Positions 1 through 12,375 of a stretch of 64,000 nt of DNA are shown in pieces. Source of the stretch: Lingula anatina. Its lineage: Eukaryota; Animalia; Brachiopoda. Position 1 is the stretch's first letter. Every line of letters starts with the position of its first letter. The notes beneath the pieces are model-generated. The model saw nothing but the letters and a program-made list of their open reading frames with translations. It had not been told where the DNA came from and searched no databases. The position numbers were made by a program, and so were the translations under genes. Location of the stretch: contig CM120641.1 in the NCBI GenBank assembly GCA_051362555.1, forward strand, positions 16,244,001-16,308,000, in the 5' to 3' direction.

Positions 1-254
1 ATTTGTTAATAGTTTTATTTACAAAGTTTAAAGTTCTATGAATTTTACTAATGTAGCTTTGGAAGTCATTTCCAGATGCTTGATATAAATGGTGTATTTG
101 AGATATTTGGTCTTGAAATATGGTGTTTGAGAATCGATGTGTAAAGCATGACGTTGAACTTTAAGTTCTTGTAAAGAACTGAAATATATTGAGAATGTTT
201 GTTCTACTGCAAACCACAGTTACAGTGTGTTGTTGTGTATGCAAGAATTATGTA

Positions 255-2735
255 TCAGCTTTCTGAGTTTGTATCAGCTTCCCAACCTTCAGGTCTTTTT
301 ACCCGCTTCATAGTGTAATCATTAGATTTTTGGCTCACCTTCTCTGACAATCTCTGAAAACAAGAAAATGGTATGTTTAGAAAAAAGAAACAACTTTCTT
401 TAAAATCAAGTAATCTGTTTAATATATATAAATGATATAAAGACTCAGTGCAGGTAAAAAACACAAGGGGATATTTCCTTTTTTAATCTAGACTTTCTGA
501 CAATCAGACTTTAGACACCTGAAGATTTTGGATTTTTTGTCACAGATAAGGTAATTTCTTGTCAGATTCATACAAAGTACAAAATGAATATATCCATTAT
601 TTGAATATACATTCATCAACTTAGATAATGCAGAAATAAACCTTGTTATGTAATAAGATAATTTACATAAAGTAAATGGAGAAACAAAAGCTATTTTGAC
701 CAACTCAGGACATTTTAACAAATCTATCTTAATTATGGTCATAAAAAATTTGTATTAATGTGAGGGCTTGTTTTACATATATATATATTATGATTTATTT
801 CACTTAGCAAAACTTAATTTCAAACCATGTTACAACCAGAATAAAACTAAATGAGCTTTAGATCAAATGGGCTCAAAAAATCTTTGGAATTTTTTATTTC
901 TTTACTTGATTGTATTTTTACAAATTTTCCAGATTTCACCGATTTAAATGTTCTTATTTCAATGCCACCAACTCTAACAAAAAAGTATCACTAACAGTTA
1001 TATTTACCCACTGTGTACCATAAACAAGCAACTCAAACCTTATTATCTTTAAAAAGAGTCATATTCCTTCCTTCTCTGTAACACCAACATCTTACTCGGG
1101 TAACTTCAATGACACATTCAACAGCAATATGCCCACCTGAAAAAATTCACTCTCCCCTTCCTCCTCCTCTTTTTCCTTCACTTCAGTTTTATTCATCACT
1201 CTTAACTTCTGGAGGACCACATGTTGTATTTGCTGCAAAAAAAATAATAATATAATTGTCAAGTCCTTAAATCTTTATTGTTCTAGTAAAACTTGGAAAA
1301 TTTTACAGAATGATGAATACAGTACAGTAGGAACATCTGTGGTACTGTTTATTCAGGAGACCATGGTGACAGTGACTCAATGAAAAAAAAACCTGTAGCT
1401 GTCTCCTCATGGAACCAGCTGCACGATGACTGGCGATCTTAATCAATATACAAATAGATCTTCATTGTCAATGGCTATGGATATAAAAAATTAACTGAGT
1501 TTTACCAGCAAATATTTCTCTATAGCTATTGATACATGAAACTATGTGCTTATTGAAAAACCATAGTTAAAGAAACTGTTTACATTATCTCTGGTCTTTA
1601 TCAAAATTTGACTCTATGAATAGCAGTAACTACTTTCCTTTTTTTGTCCGAAGTGAGAGTGGGGCACAGTCTTGGGAAGTTTGAGTACATATCCTTAAAC
1701 ACTTTTCACATGTAAATATTAACCTTAGATAACAAGTATGATTACTCTCAAACACCATGCATAAAAGAGATACAGCGTATCAGTCCTAGAAATGCTCCTT
1801 ACTGTTGCACTAAGTTTCCTACATTAGGGCCCTCATTCACAGTTTCTGTTGCGTGTTATTTATGCAAATATTAGAAGGGGTGTCAATGCATTAAACTTTG
1901 CCAACCTTACCGGTTTCTGTTTTTTTCCTTTTTCCTCGTCGTCAGTCCGAAATCTCTTCTGAGTGAATAAAGTCATCACATATGATCCAACTGTTAATCC
2001 TCCCTAGAAATTTCAAGTAAATATCTTTCTGAATAAGCAATTACATTATTCCTACATATAACACCATATTTTATAAATAGAAGTTAGAGAGCCTTTAAAT
2101 GTAAAAACATTTCTGTGCTCAATAAATTATTGTAAAATAATATGTATTCTGGAGATTATCAAGTACTTTGCACATAATCAATGTAATTTATATTATGATT
2201 TAAAATTACTGGGCACTGTACTGTACTGGAGTACTACATAATGATAATACGGTGCCCTCCACCTGGGGTCATCACAGTCTTCTCCAGTACAGTACAAATT
2301 TGGACAAATGGCTTCTGTCCAATTCTGGGTTGGCTAAAGATACTTAATTACTTACTCACTCAGTCCTGTTTAGAGACTAGTCTCACTAGAGTATAGTGCT
2401 CAGAGGGTAATGACTAGCATACAAAAACAAGCAGATGGATATTACCTAACTTACAGCTGGTTGGTTTTGCAATTACAGGAGTGTGCGGGTTGAGATGAGA
2501 ATTGAAAGGGATCATAAAAATTTGAGAGCTCCCGCATCGCGGCTAGTTTGGAAACTTTTCTTCAATTTGAAGCCTTTTCCTTTCAAGCACTGCGTATGTC
2601 AATAGGAATGCTAACGCATGAATTTTGTGCTAGTAGTAATACTATAGTACCTACCAAAAACAACGAGCCAAACCAAAAGTTTTTATTTCTCAACATGTAT
2701 TTTATTCGCCAGAGCATCGATGGATAGTCGTCCAT
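255..2735 (-). CDS. COX16: Cytochrome c oxidase assembly protein COX16-like, 4 coding exons, ~122 aa
   Basis: Exons 2735-2655, 2003-1911, 1232-1137, 353-255 join with GT-AG, all phase 0, giving MDDYPSMLWRIKYMLRNKNFWFGSLFL|GGLTVGSYVMTLFTQKRFRTDDEEKGKKQKP|QIQHVVLQKLRVMNKTEVKEKEEEEGESEFFQ|RLSEKVSQKSNDYTMKRVKRPEGWEADTNSES*. The single N-terminal TM segment followed by F-x-Q-x-R, and the C-terminal K-R-V-x-R-P-x-x-W-E, match COX16 as I recall it. The start could also be the in-frame ATG at 2717 or 2696. Confidence 0.72.
2217..2295. repeat. Short inverted-repeat (MITE-like) element in COX16 intron 1
   Basis: TGTACTGTACTGGAG at the left and CTCCAGTACAGTACA at the right are perfect reverse complements ~50 bp apart. 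Confidence 0.5.
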
Positions 2736-3121
2736 GTCACTTCTGTAAGGGAATGTCCCTCCGTAAATAGGCTATTCTTTGAATCTAGCTAATTTGTTTC
2801 ATTAAAGCGCTAGTGTCTGTGTGTTGGTCGTTTCTCTACGACCTTCACACGAAATTGGGTCATTCAAGACAGACTAATTTGAAGTTTATTCGTTTCCATT
2901 TTTAACGCCTATTTCTATCTATAGATGATGAAAAAATATAATTGTGTGTTTTGCAGCTAAAATCCGCTAAAATATCCCTTCGTTATTCTCTTATGTCACA
3001 CAAAGATGCACAGCTGTACGAGCTGGTTCAATGTGTTAGTTGAGAAAACCGGAACATCAATCGCGCTCTTCTCTACTGCAGTGGGAATCAACACCCGAAC
3101 GCACGTGTGAGGCTAACAGGC
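2736..3121. promoter_or_regulatory. Bidirectional promoter between COX16-like and TMA16
   Basis: Under 400 bp separate two divergent start codons. The stretch is locally CpG-rich, with an ETS-like CCGGAA (~3049) and an E-box CACGTG (3102). Confidence 0.6.
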
Positions 3122-6100
3122 ATGGTATGGTCCAGTTTAGTTCATTTGAAGTATTCTTACGGTTTTTACGTTCTTTTTGTTATTCAGGGAAGTGGTGAAG
3201 CTATTGACTTTGAATCTGTTGTGCGGGAAAAGTAATTGATTCAAAACAATGAAAACTGTAAATGAAGCAAAGGCTAAAGTAATAAAGACAAAATCTTTTC
3301 TCTCTAGAGTGAATGATTTGAGTTCAGTGTTACTTGTACATAGTTAAGCTTGCATAAAGAGTATGGTTGTATGTTTCTTTTCCTCAGCCTAAGGCACCAA
3401 AGGCCAATATCCCAGGGCGCCAGAAACCCATCCACCCTCAAAGCAGGAAGGCAGCCCAGTTGGCCAGGCAAGCAAACCACGAACAGAGAGTTCACCGGGC
3501 TCATGGAGACCAGGCTACCAAACTGGAGGTCCTGGGAAACAAGTTACTGTGGTTCAAAGAGAACGTGGATCTCCAGAAGACAGTGTACTCCAAGCTGGAA
3601 CTTTGTTTGCTGGTTGAAGAGTATGTGGGGTTATTTTATTTTATAATTTTTATAGTTTAAATGTTGTTTGTGCCTTTACAATTTATACTGCACTTGTCAG
3701 GTAGGGTATGATGTGTGATGGAGTTAAATTCATGTGATGCATGCACTTTGCTCAGGGTATAAGTTTGCCTGTATTCATAGAATGGTATTTTATTTTGTCT
3801 CTGCAGATATCTTCATAGATTTGATGAGGAAATGGAACAGATAGAGCTTATCAAGAATAGTCTTAAAACTCGTCAAGGGGGGCAGCACATGTCAAGGGAG
3901 ACTGCTATCAAGACAACTCTTGAGAGAGACAAGAGAGAGTATGAAGAAATGGGTATTGGTATGTATAGGGCATAGATAAACTTAATCACAACACTTTTTG
4001 GGTAACTATCTCTATAGGTTTCATTTTGATGTATAAAATTTTAATTACATTGCCATTGGGGGAATTCCAAGCAAAAATTCACTTGGTTATTGTAGTTGTT
4101 CTTAACAAAGGTAAATTTTACTGTGCGTGTTTGTGTCTGTCATAAGAGTAATATCATACAGGAAAGACTGTGCTGTGAGTTAATAGTCCTGGAATGATTT
4201 ATCTTTTTATGTACAGACACAGATGTGTCTGTACATATAGCCATCATCTGCGTCTGTCGTCGCCGTCGTCGCCGTCGGCGCCGTCGTCGCCGTCGTGCAC
4301 TTTTACCGATAACACGATAAGTGGAACACCGTTTTTGCTTTTGGCTTGAAACTTACAGAACTGGTGAATATTCATAATACGCAGGTCAAGTTTGAAAATC
4401 AGCATGATCGGGTCACTTTTAGGGGATTTATGCTGTTTTTTCACTTTTTTCAGCATATATGCAGCACCGATAACACGATAAGTGGAAAACCATTTTACCT
4501 TTTGACTTGAAACTTACAGAACTGATGAATATTCATAATACGCAGGTCAAGTTCCAAAATCAGCATGATCGGGTCACTTTTAGGTAATTTATGCTGTTTT
4601 TTCACTTTTTTCAGCATATATGCAGCACCGATAACACGATAAGTGGAAAACCGTTTTACTTTTTGACTTGAAACTTACAGAACTGATGAATATTCATAAT
4701 ACGCAGGTCAAGTTCGAAAATCAGCATGATTGGGCTATTTTGAGGGAATTTATGCTGTTTTTTCACTATTTTCAATATAAATGCAACACTGATAACACAA
4801 TATAAGAAAAACGGATTGGCCAATTGTAATTATACTCACAGGAGTGGTCAATCTTACTAAAACACAGGTTGAGTTCGAAAATCAGCATAATCGGGCCATT
4901 ATTTTAGAAGTTATACTGTTTTTTTCACATTTCCTCAGATTCAATTCTTAAGCATGTTAACAGTCTCATTATTGAACTAATAAGATACGTAAAAGTGTTT
5001 GTTTGACATTTCCTGCATCTTTACAACATTGTTAGTTGATTTTGTAAAAATGAAGGTAAACTTGTTATCATGTATTGTGTAATAAAGTGTCAAAAATGGA
5101 AATAAACTCATATCATTGCAGTTTTTCAGATGCATTCATCCACTATGTTCAGAATCTCAGAATGGAGGAAGTTGGACATTTAACACTGTTCTATTGATAC
5201 TTTTCCCATCTCATCAATTTTCTTCATTGGTCATATAAAAATGGCAGTAAACTGTTTATTTTGTTTTATGTTAAAAAAGTGTTAAAAATGGAAATAAACC
5301 CATTTCAGAACAGTGCTGTCTTGTTTACATTTTGGCATTTTCAATATGTGACTTTGAAGTTCCATGGGCCTGAAGACTTTTGCTAGTTACATTTTCTGAA
5401 TAACCATGATACTAATATTTTATAATTAAAAATTGATGGTCATTATGCTGTAAAACATTATGTAATATTGCATCAAAATTTGAAGAAACCCCTATTTTGG
5501 GCAGTGCTCCCATGATGACCATTTAAGGAAAATCATGTCACTTACTGTTCTCAAACTTACAGGAAAGAAACATGGGACTAAAATACAGCTTCAGTAGGCA
5601 ATGCAGTCTGTTTGGTAAATTTTTCTGGCAATTAAACAGTTTTTTGTGAAAATTTAATTTTTCACATATTGGCATTTCCAAGGTGTGACTTAGAACCTCC
5701 ACGGGCTTGAAGACCCATGCTAGTCACATTTTGTGAAAATCCATGACACTTATATTTTATTATTAAAAATCGATGGTCAGTATGCTGTTAAGCATTATGT
5801 AATGTTGCATCAAAATAGAAGAAAACACAATTTTTGGTGCTGCTGCCTTGATGACCATTATGGGAAAACCGTGTTACTTATGACTGTCAAACTTTCAAAA
5901 AAGAAACACAGGACTAAAATGCAGCCTGAGTTAGAAAAGCAGTCTAATTGGCTTCTTTTTCTGGAAGTTATACATTTTAGTGTAATATTCATTATCTTTT
6001 TGGCATATTCATTGTGGGACTCGGAGCTCCCATGGACATGAAGCCAAATGGTAATCATATTTTCTACATGTCCATCCTATTTATGGTCAATAAACAAAAA

Positions 6101-8370
6101 TTGGTGATAATAATTCTCTAATTTATTATGTAATGTTACATCAAAATTGACAACAATCTTTTTGCACTGCTACTGCAAACATTATGAAAAGAAAACTGTG
6201 CTACTTATTATAATTTTAAACTTACAAGTACGATTTTTAGGATTGGCCTTCAGCTCATGAGAAAACCAGCTCTATTGGATTATCATGTTTATTGTATTTA
6301 TGCATTTTTTGTGAAATTTTCATTTTTCTCATTCTGGCACTTTCTAAGTATAAACTTGAACTCTGATGGGCCTGGAGCCTTATGCTTTTACTTTCGTCTG
6401 TGTTACCTGTTGTGCATAAGTTGATGTTGACTGTGCAGTTAAACATAATGTATTATTGCATCAGGATTGGTAGTCTCCTATTTTGGGCATTATGGTTTTG
6501 TGCTTTTCTTAAGGTGTGACTTATGGGCCTGAAGAACTTTGAGTGGGTCAGTCTGTAAATTACCCTTGGGTATCACTAGATTAATTTCAGAGTTATAAAG
6601 TCATTTGCTTTAATAGGCCATTAAATGAGATTACGTAAAGCACACTTGTTGATATTTCCCTGTAAACTCCCAAAGGTAAAGCTCTCTGCTAGATTAATAA
6701 TAAGGAAGCAGTGATAATTATGCAGGTAAATTTTGTTTAATATTGCAAATAAGTTATATATATATATATCAAACTGGAAGATTAAATGTTTGAATAGCAT
6801 CTTCATTGGAATTATATTTACCTCAAGCTCTGCCAAGGGGGTTATATTTTCACCCCTGTTTGTCTGTCATCCACATAACACAAAAAGTTATGGACCAATT
6901 TTGCAGAAATTTTCAGGAACTGTCGGAAGTGGGCCAAAGAGGACAATGATTAATTTTTGGTGGTGGTCCGGATCAATAATCAATCAATTATCAATAATAA
7001 TCAACAATTGCTGCCTTGGCAGAGGTCTGCACTCTCAAAGTGCTTTTCTAGTTTTGTTGTTTTCCTTTATAATTTTTTCTCAAACACTTGCATTTGTGAC
7101 TTTTAACTCTCATCTGCCTGGGGCTCTGCACATTTTCTGTATTTCTACATAAGCAGTTGTATTGTTTTTTATGTCTTTAAACATTATGTAATATTATTTT
7201 ATGCACTGTCATCATTTTTCAAATATTGAGACTTTCATAATGTGAATTTGAACTCTCATGGTCCTGAAACTGTAATCTTATTGAAGGGGTGGATTGAGAC
7301 CATCTTCTGGGTCTTCCGGAAGACAGTCAGGTTATTAACTTTATATTGACTGGTATCTATTTTTTTCTGTTGGAAGACCATCAAAATGGAGGATGGATCA
7401 ACATAGATACTTTGTAATACTGTCAGAAAATACCTCTGGGTCTGCTCCTGTTATTGACCATGTTACCCGTTGTGCAAGATTAAAATTCAGTGTTGACTGA
7501 CAGTGCTATTAAAAGCATTATTTATTATTGCATCAAAATTGACAAAATGACCTTTTTTGCATCTTTATTTTCTGTTTTTTGTCTGTACATTTGACAGCTT
7601 TGCTGCCTTGTTTCTCTTTTTTTACTCAAAGGACATAATATAAATGTGTATGGTATACATTTGGTGGAATTTTACTTATTATTTACAGAAGTGCCAGATA
7701 TCTTGAATGGAAAGAGACTGAAATATTTCAGGTGAGTTAATTTGATATTCTAAAAGATGCATTTACCGTGAATAGTATGTACAGTGCACTTCACAAAGCT
7801 TATAAAGCATACTAAGAGGCTAAAAAAACGTTATCATGCAACAACACTCCTTAACACATACTATTTGTAAGTGGCTAAATTGGAGCACAATGTAACAAAT
7901 ATAAATGGCAGTGTGATGAAAGATTTATGTTTGGGCAGTGAAGTACTTCTTCTAATTGCCAAATTCCTTGGGTAATGTTGTGACCCCATTTGTAAGTGCA
8001 AGGGACTACTTCTACATATATACCTCCAAAGAAACTCACAACATCTGGTAGATGTGTAGTTGTTCTTTGTTGTTATTTGGCAGATACATGTACATGTATG
8101 TGAAATACTTATTTATGTTTGCAAATGCATTTTGTTTTAAGGGAGTGGAATGGAGAATTACGATACATACAGAATATAAAAATGAGGAAAATATCAGCAA
8201 AGGACAAGGAACAGTGTGAGTCCAAAGCATCCCAGATGGATGTCATAGAGAAAAGAGTAGAGTTGGGGGAGTCAAATGTTAACAGCAAGACTGAGTCTTT
8301 AGAAGATGAAACAAAGACAGAAAATGTAGTGGGACAGCAGGTATTATCTCAAGTCATGGAGACTGGTTAA
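3122..8370 (+). CDS. TMA16: Translation machinery-associated protein 16, 5 coding exons, 219 aa
   Basis: Exons 3122-3124 (ATG only, then GTATGG), 3388-3620, 3807-3958, 7689-7731, 8142-8370 total 660 nt in frame. Protein MPKAPKANIPGRQKPIHPQSRKAAQLARQ...KLLWFK...YLHRFDEEMEQIEL...HMSRETAIK...GIEVPDILNGKRLKYFREWNGELRYIQNIKM carries the Tma16 hallmarks (IHPxSRKAxQL, YLxRFxxELEQI, PD...WxG). Confidence 0.93.
4305..4930. repeat. 161-bp tandem repeat, ~4 copies
   Basis: ACCGATAACACGATAAGTGGAA recurs at 4305, 4466 and 4627, and in degenerate form at 4788 (period 161). Confidence 0.9.
5330..6540. repeat. Diverged ~335-bp tandem repeat, ~3.5 copies
   Basis: The anchor TGGCA...GTGACTT..AAC/GTTCCATGGGCCTGAAG recurs at 5333, 5670, 6001 and 6335 (periods 337, 331, 334). 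Confidence 0.75.
6817..7051 (+). mobile_element. Small non-autonomous Helentron-type element nested in the larger element
   Basis: 5' TTTACCTC..CTCTGCCAAGGGGGTTATATTTTC and 3' CCTTGGCAGAGGTCTGCACTCTCAAAGTGCTTTTCTAG form an inverted subterminal pair (CTCTGCCAAGG / CCTTGGCAGAG) plus a terminal GCACT..AGTGC hairpin and CTAG end. Confidence 0.7.
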
Positions 8371-9702
8371 CTGAAAATATATAATGGATAACATATCATT
8401 TTGATAAAAAAAAAATGGAAACCCACATAATTTTATGTTCATTTCCTTGATAATTTGCAAGTCTGTTGTCACTGTTAGATCATTCTGGAAGGAAGTACTT
8501 CAACTTAATCAGTTGAAATAATTATTTATTTTATTAAATTTAGCTTGGAAACCTAATGACAAAAAGATTTTGGGAAGAGGAGAGAGTTTTACCATCCCAG
8601 ATAGCATGCACCAATGGCCCACTTTTGGGCTTCCAATGTCTTTACTATTGGGTCATCAGTGGCAGTCACCAGTAGCCCCATCAATTTTTGTTCAATGGGC
8701 CTCTGATTTTCCGATATGGCCCATTGGTGATATTCCATCAATCACCCGTCAGTCCCCCCCCCCCCCCCCCCCCGGTGGATAACAACATATGTGCCTCCTG
8801 TGTTCTATCTGGATAATGTATACACTTATTAATTGACCTTACCAGGAAGTCGCATATCACTGATTGATACTCCACTTATACAAGAAAACAATGATCTACA
8901 CAAGTTATTTTGTTTTTACTTTTTGTTATTTTTCGTTTTATTTTTTTTTCTCCTATGCATTAAGTAGGGCTACTGCATTGTACCAGTGTATGCAGTATCA
9001 ATAAGATGTTAAAAGCTCACCGATCTGTATTGATCCAGTGCCAGAATTGCTGCCGTCCCCTTTAAATTTCTGATGACTGTCTCCTTTTTCTCTTTTTTTT
9101 TCTGGGTATCAAACACACTTGCCATTTTAAAAAGCCAGACATAGTGCGAGCACATGCTTCTTGTCCTTACATAAAATATTATGGAAACAGATGATGCATA
9201 AACAAATGATAATAAAATACAACAACATAGTGAATCACAGTGATATAATATTATGTCTTTATATGCAGAGTTGTGCCATGCAACATAAATGTAAAATAGG
9301 ACTTTCTAAACCCATTTGGGCTAGTTGTAGCCTCTTGCACTCCTTGATATAAGAACAGCCTTCTCGTTTTAACTGAATGTTTATTGATCCAATCGTAAAC
9401 CAAAAACCAAATACCGTCAACTATAAAATAAAATAGAATTAAATTAAAACGTTAAAATAATGTCACGTGTGTCTGCTTTCTTTAGTTAAGTATAAGTCAT
9501 TGAACATCTCCAAACAGTAATAACCTATAACGTGTATCTGCTTTCTTATATGCCTGATCTCTTAAACATCTCGGAATACGACTATCTTATTTTTTCCATT
9601 CTCATATCACGTGTGGAAAACTGCGTTCTATCCCATAATATCAATGTAAAAACTAACATTGTGCAATGTACTCCTGACTAAACCATCCTTACTAAAACGT
9701 AC

Positions 9703-10445
9703 TTACTCAGCAATAGCTATAGGCCATTGACCCCTAGGGGAGTTTGAATTCATAATCATAACCAAAAATCCATTCTTGACATTTTTCTGAGGTAAATTCC
9801 ATTTGGATCTGTGTTGTAGAATGGGTAAGTATTCTTTCGTCCAACGTTTCCAGAAATGATCAACAATGAAGTGAACATGACGCCAGATTTTTCTGTACGT
9901 ATCAGAGAGAGAGAAATCACCCCAAGGAAGTGAAGGGTTATTTTGAAAAATCAACAAATGATTCTGAGTGAGAGCATTGAAGTTGGTGTAATCATCACTA
10001 ACCTTAGTGATGGGTCTGCTATTTATAATGTTTTTGACTTAACATGTCACTGTGACAAGATCCCAGTCCGTTAATGATCTGTTATCAACCAAAAGTGCCA
10101 CAAGTATTTTCTGGATAGTTCTAATCATTCTTTCCCAAACTCCCCCAAAATGAGACCAGTGAGGAGGGTTGAACACCCACTCCACACTCTTGCGCTTCAT
10201 GTGGTCGATGATCTTGTTTTTGGTCAGCCGTTTGAAACTAGCAGTCAATTCATTTACTGCACCAACCAAATTTGTTCCATTAACACTGAAAACTTTCAGT
10301 GGGTATCCACATCTTGCCACAAATCAGATAAATCCATTAATAAAGGCATTACTTTCTAAACTCTCTAAGATTTCAATGTGAATAGCCCTAATTTTGAAAC
10401 GTGAACACACATCCATAATGTTTTGCAGAAGCACATCCAATTTTG
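9703..10445 (-). mobile_element. BEL/Pao LTR retrotransposon integrase fragment (decayed)
   Basis: RAIHIEILESL...FIRFVARCGYPLKVFSVNGTNLVGA...WVFNPPHWSHFGGVWERMIRTIQKIL (rve core) and FWKRWTKEYLPILQHRSKW...PRGQWPIA (BEL C-terminal, DUF5641-like), broken by frameshifts. Confidence 0.9.
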
Positions 10446-10452
10446 ACATTAA

Positions 10453-11890
10453 GGTGAGACTCTACACCTAAAAATTGGAATTTTTGGACCTAGCTGAGAC
10501 ACCTCAAAATGTTTTCCAAATGTCAGGGTATGATGAAAAATATTAAAATTAACAATTTTAAAAGCTCATTATCATATAAAAATTAGGTTATGCAAATTAG
10601 GCTAATTATGCATGTTTTTGGGGAAAATTTTAAATCATTATATCTCAAAAACCATAACACCTTTTTAATTTTTTTTTTTTTTTTTTTTTTTTTTTTGCAA
10701 AAAACAACTTAAAATAGATTTTAACAGCAGGAATTCTGAGATTATAAATTAATAATAAAATTATTTGAATTTTAAAAAAATTTTATGTCTTTTGTAGCGG
10801 TCACTGATACAGAATTACCTATAAAATTGACCCCTTACTTGCAAATAAAAATACCTTCTGACAAAATGAAGAAAGAAGCATAACACACATAGTTTCCAAG
10901 TTTTATTCAGATATAACAAGCCAATTCTAAGATATAAGCTCATGAATTTTACGATAAAGACCAAAAATGCAATTTCGAGATTTTTACATTTTAAAGTTTT
11001 ATTTGCATTATAAATGCATAGTGACAGGGGTCTTCATCCAGGTTTTATATTTTTGCACCACTGAATAAAGAGGAAATTATTTGCAAAGCCCAAGGCATAT
11101 ATTTGTGGTGTTTATGAAAAAAATAAATCTAAAAACTGTCTTTGGATCAGGATTGGTAATGGTTCCACATCTGAGGATGTTCAATTTATAGTCATTATAT
11201 TTTATTTTATCAATTTATTTTCAAACTTTTACATTTTGTACATAGCACTTTATTATTCATTTAAAATGCCCCTGCTGCATATGTTGGTCCTTCTTGGGCC
11301 TCCTGCACAGCTAAACTTCTTTTCTTCTGCTTGTTTTTGACTTTCCTCTCCTGGCATGCCCGGTAGTCAGCTTGCAGGTTGCTCTTTTTCATTGGCAGCT
11401 CATTTGCCCTAGCCAGAGAGGCCATGCAGATTTCTGTTGGTTCTTCAGCCATGTTTAGCATGACTTGAGCAAGATGCTTGTTACCTCTATTGAACTAACC
11501 AACAGCTAGGGCAACTGCAGATTCCACTCTGTTCTTCCCAGCAAACAGGGTTTTGGGGCAATGAATCCAGATTAGATTATTTAGCGATTCATTGGCATTG
11601 CTGATTTTCCCATGGGTCATTTTTTTGAACAAATTTTCATCAGTCATTCTTTTATAAATAGGCACAAGGACTGATTTATAGGACAAGTAGGTAGAATTTT
11701 TTCCTTCTTGTGGTGGGGGTTCTTCCCCTTTAGCTATAGCTCTGTTGTAAAAACACCACGAGTCCTAACCCATGGGGCACCTGCTGTGATGTGGACCATC
11801 ATCAGTGGACATAGAGTGAAACAATGTGGCCCATATGGCATCCTTCATGGCATGGAGATCATGCAGATTACTCAAAATAGCTCCCCTACA
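10453..11890 (-). mobile_element. 3' half of a Kolobok-type / Mutator-like DNA transposon with one terminus
   Basis: Remnant peptide MKDAIWATLFHSMSTDDGPHHSRCPMG*DSWCFYNRAIAKGEEP...PIYKRMTDENLFKKMTHGKISNANESLNNLIWIHCPKTLF...EGPTYAAGAF*. The element ends at TTAA|GG (10449-10454), the target and terminus pattern known for Kolobok. Superfamily assignment is from memory. Confidence 0.7.
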
Positions 11891-12049
11891 GTATTCTGTT
11901 CATTTTGCATTCTATTTTTTCTATTTTATTTTATTATTCTTTATCTCACTACATATTTAATTTTTAAAAAACCCATCATATCTGAAAATCTATGCTCCAA
12001 ACATTGATAATATAATTTTAAAAATTAACAATTTTAAAACATCCAGTAC

Positions 12050-12308
12050 CTGAAGTGAGATTTTGTTACACCAAAACACTGCTCTATACAGCTTCAGGTC
12101 TTTGTATGATGTGTTGTACCTTTCTTCTGCCCTGTTTGCTGGGTTTGCCTTTGGTGTCAATAAATAAGGAGATAGAGCATAACCACTATCCCCCAGCAAA
12201 TACCCCTGGGGCATATCGCCACTGATCAATTTTTCAAACAACATGCTATTGTGGAATACAAAGGAGTCATGGGCACTCCCAGGCCATCTTGCTGTGACAT
12301 TGGTAAGT
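12050..12308 (-). mobile_element. Harbinger/PIF transposase (DDE_Tnp_4) exon, catalytic C-half
   Basis: LTNVTARWPGSAHDSFVFHNS...GYLLGDSGYALSPYLLTP...AEERYN...IEQCFG, bounded by an acceptor (ttatttcAG, 12310-12309) and a donor (GTACTG, 12049). Confidence 0.88.
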
Positions 12309-12375
12309 CTGAAATAATTGAGAAAAAATTCAAAACACTGAAAAACAGAGATGCTGTCAGAAAAAAGCCACAGAG

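Larger units (their letters stand above)
4207..7612 (+). mobile_element. Non-autonomous Helentron/Helitron2-type element (HINE/DINE-1-like) with internal tandem arrays, filling most of TMA16 intron 3
   Basis: It starts after a T-run with a perfect 13-bp hairpin ATGTACAGACACA-ga-TGTGTCTGTACAT (4209-4236), then a GTC/GCC microsatellite and tandem repeats. It ends with the matching subterminal repeat TGTCTGTACAT (7580-7590), a short hairpin GACAGC-ttt-GCTGCC and a T-run. Confidence 0.7.

Noticed and set aside
2456-2696. Apparent signal peptide followed by in-frame TGA codons, resembling selenoprotein P
   Set aside because: The frame is explained by a GTAGGT donor at 2654 that yields COX16; the TGAs are intronic.
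4305-4930. Regularly spaced repeats as a CRISPR array
   Set aside because: Whole 161-bp units repeat with no unique spacers, in a eukaryotic intron with no cas genes.
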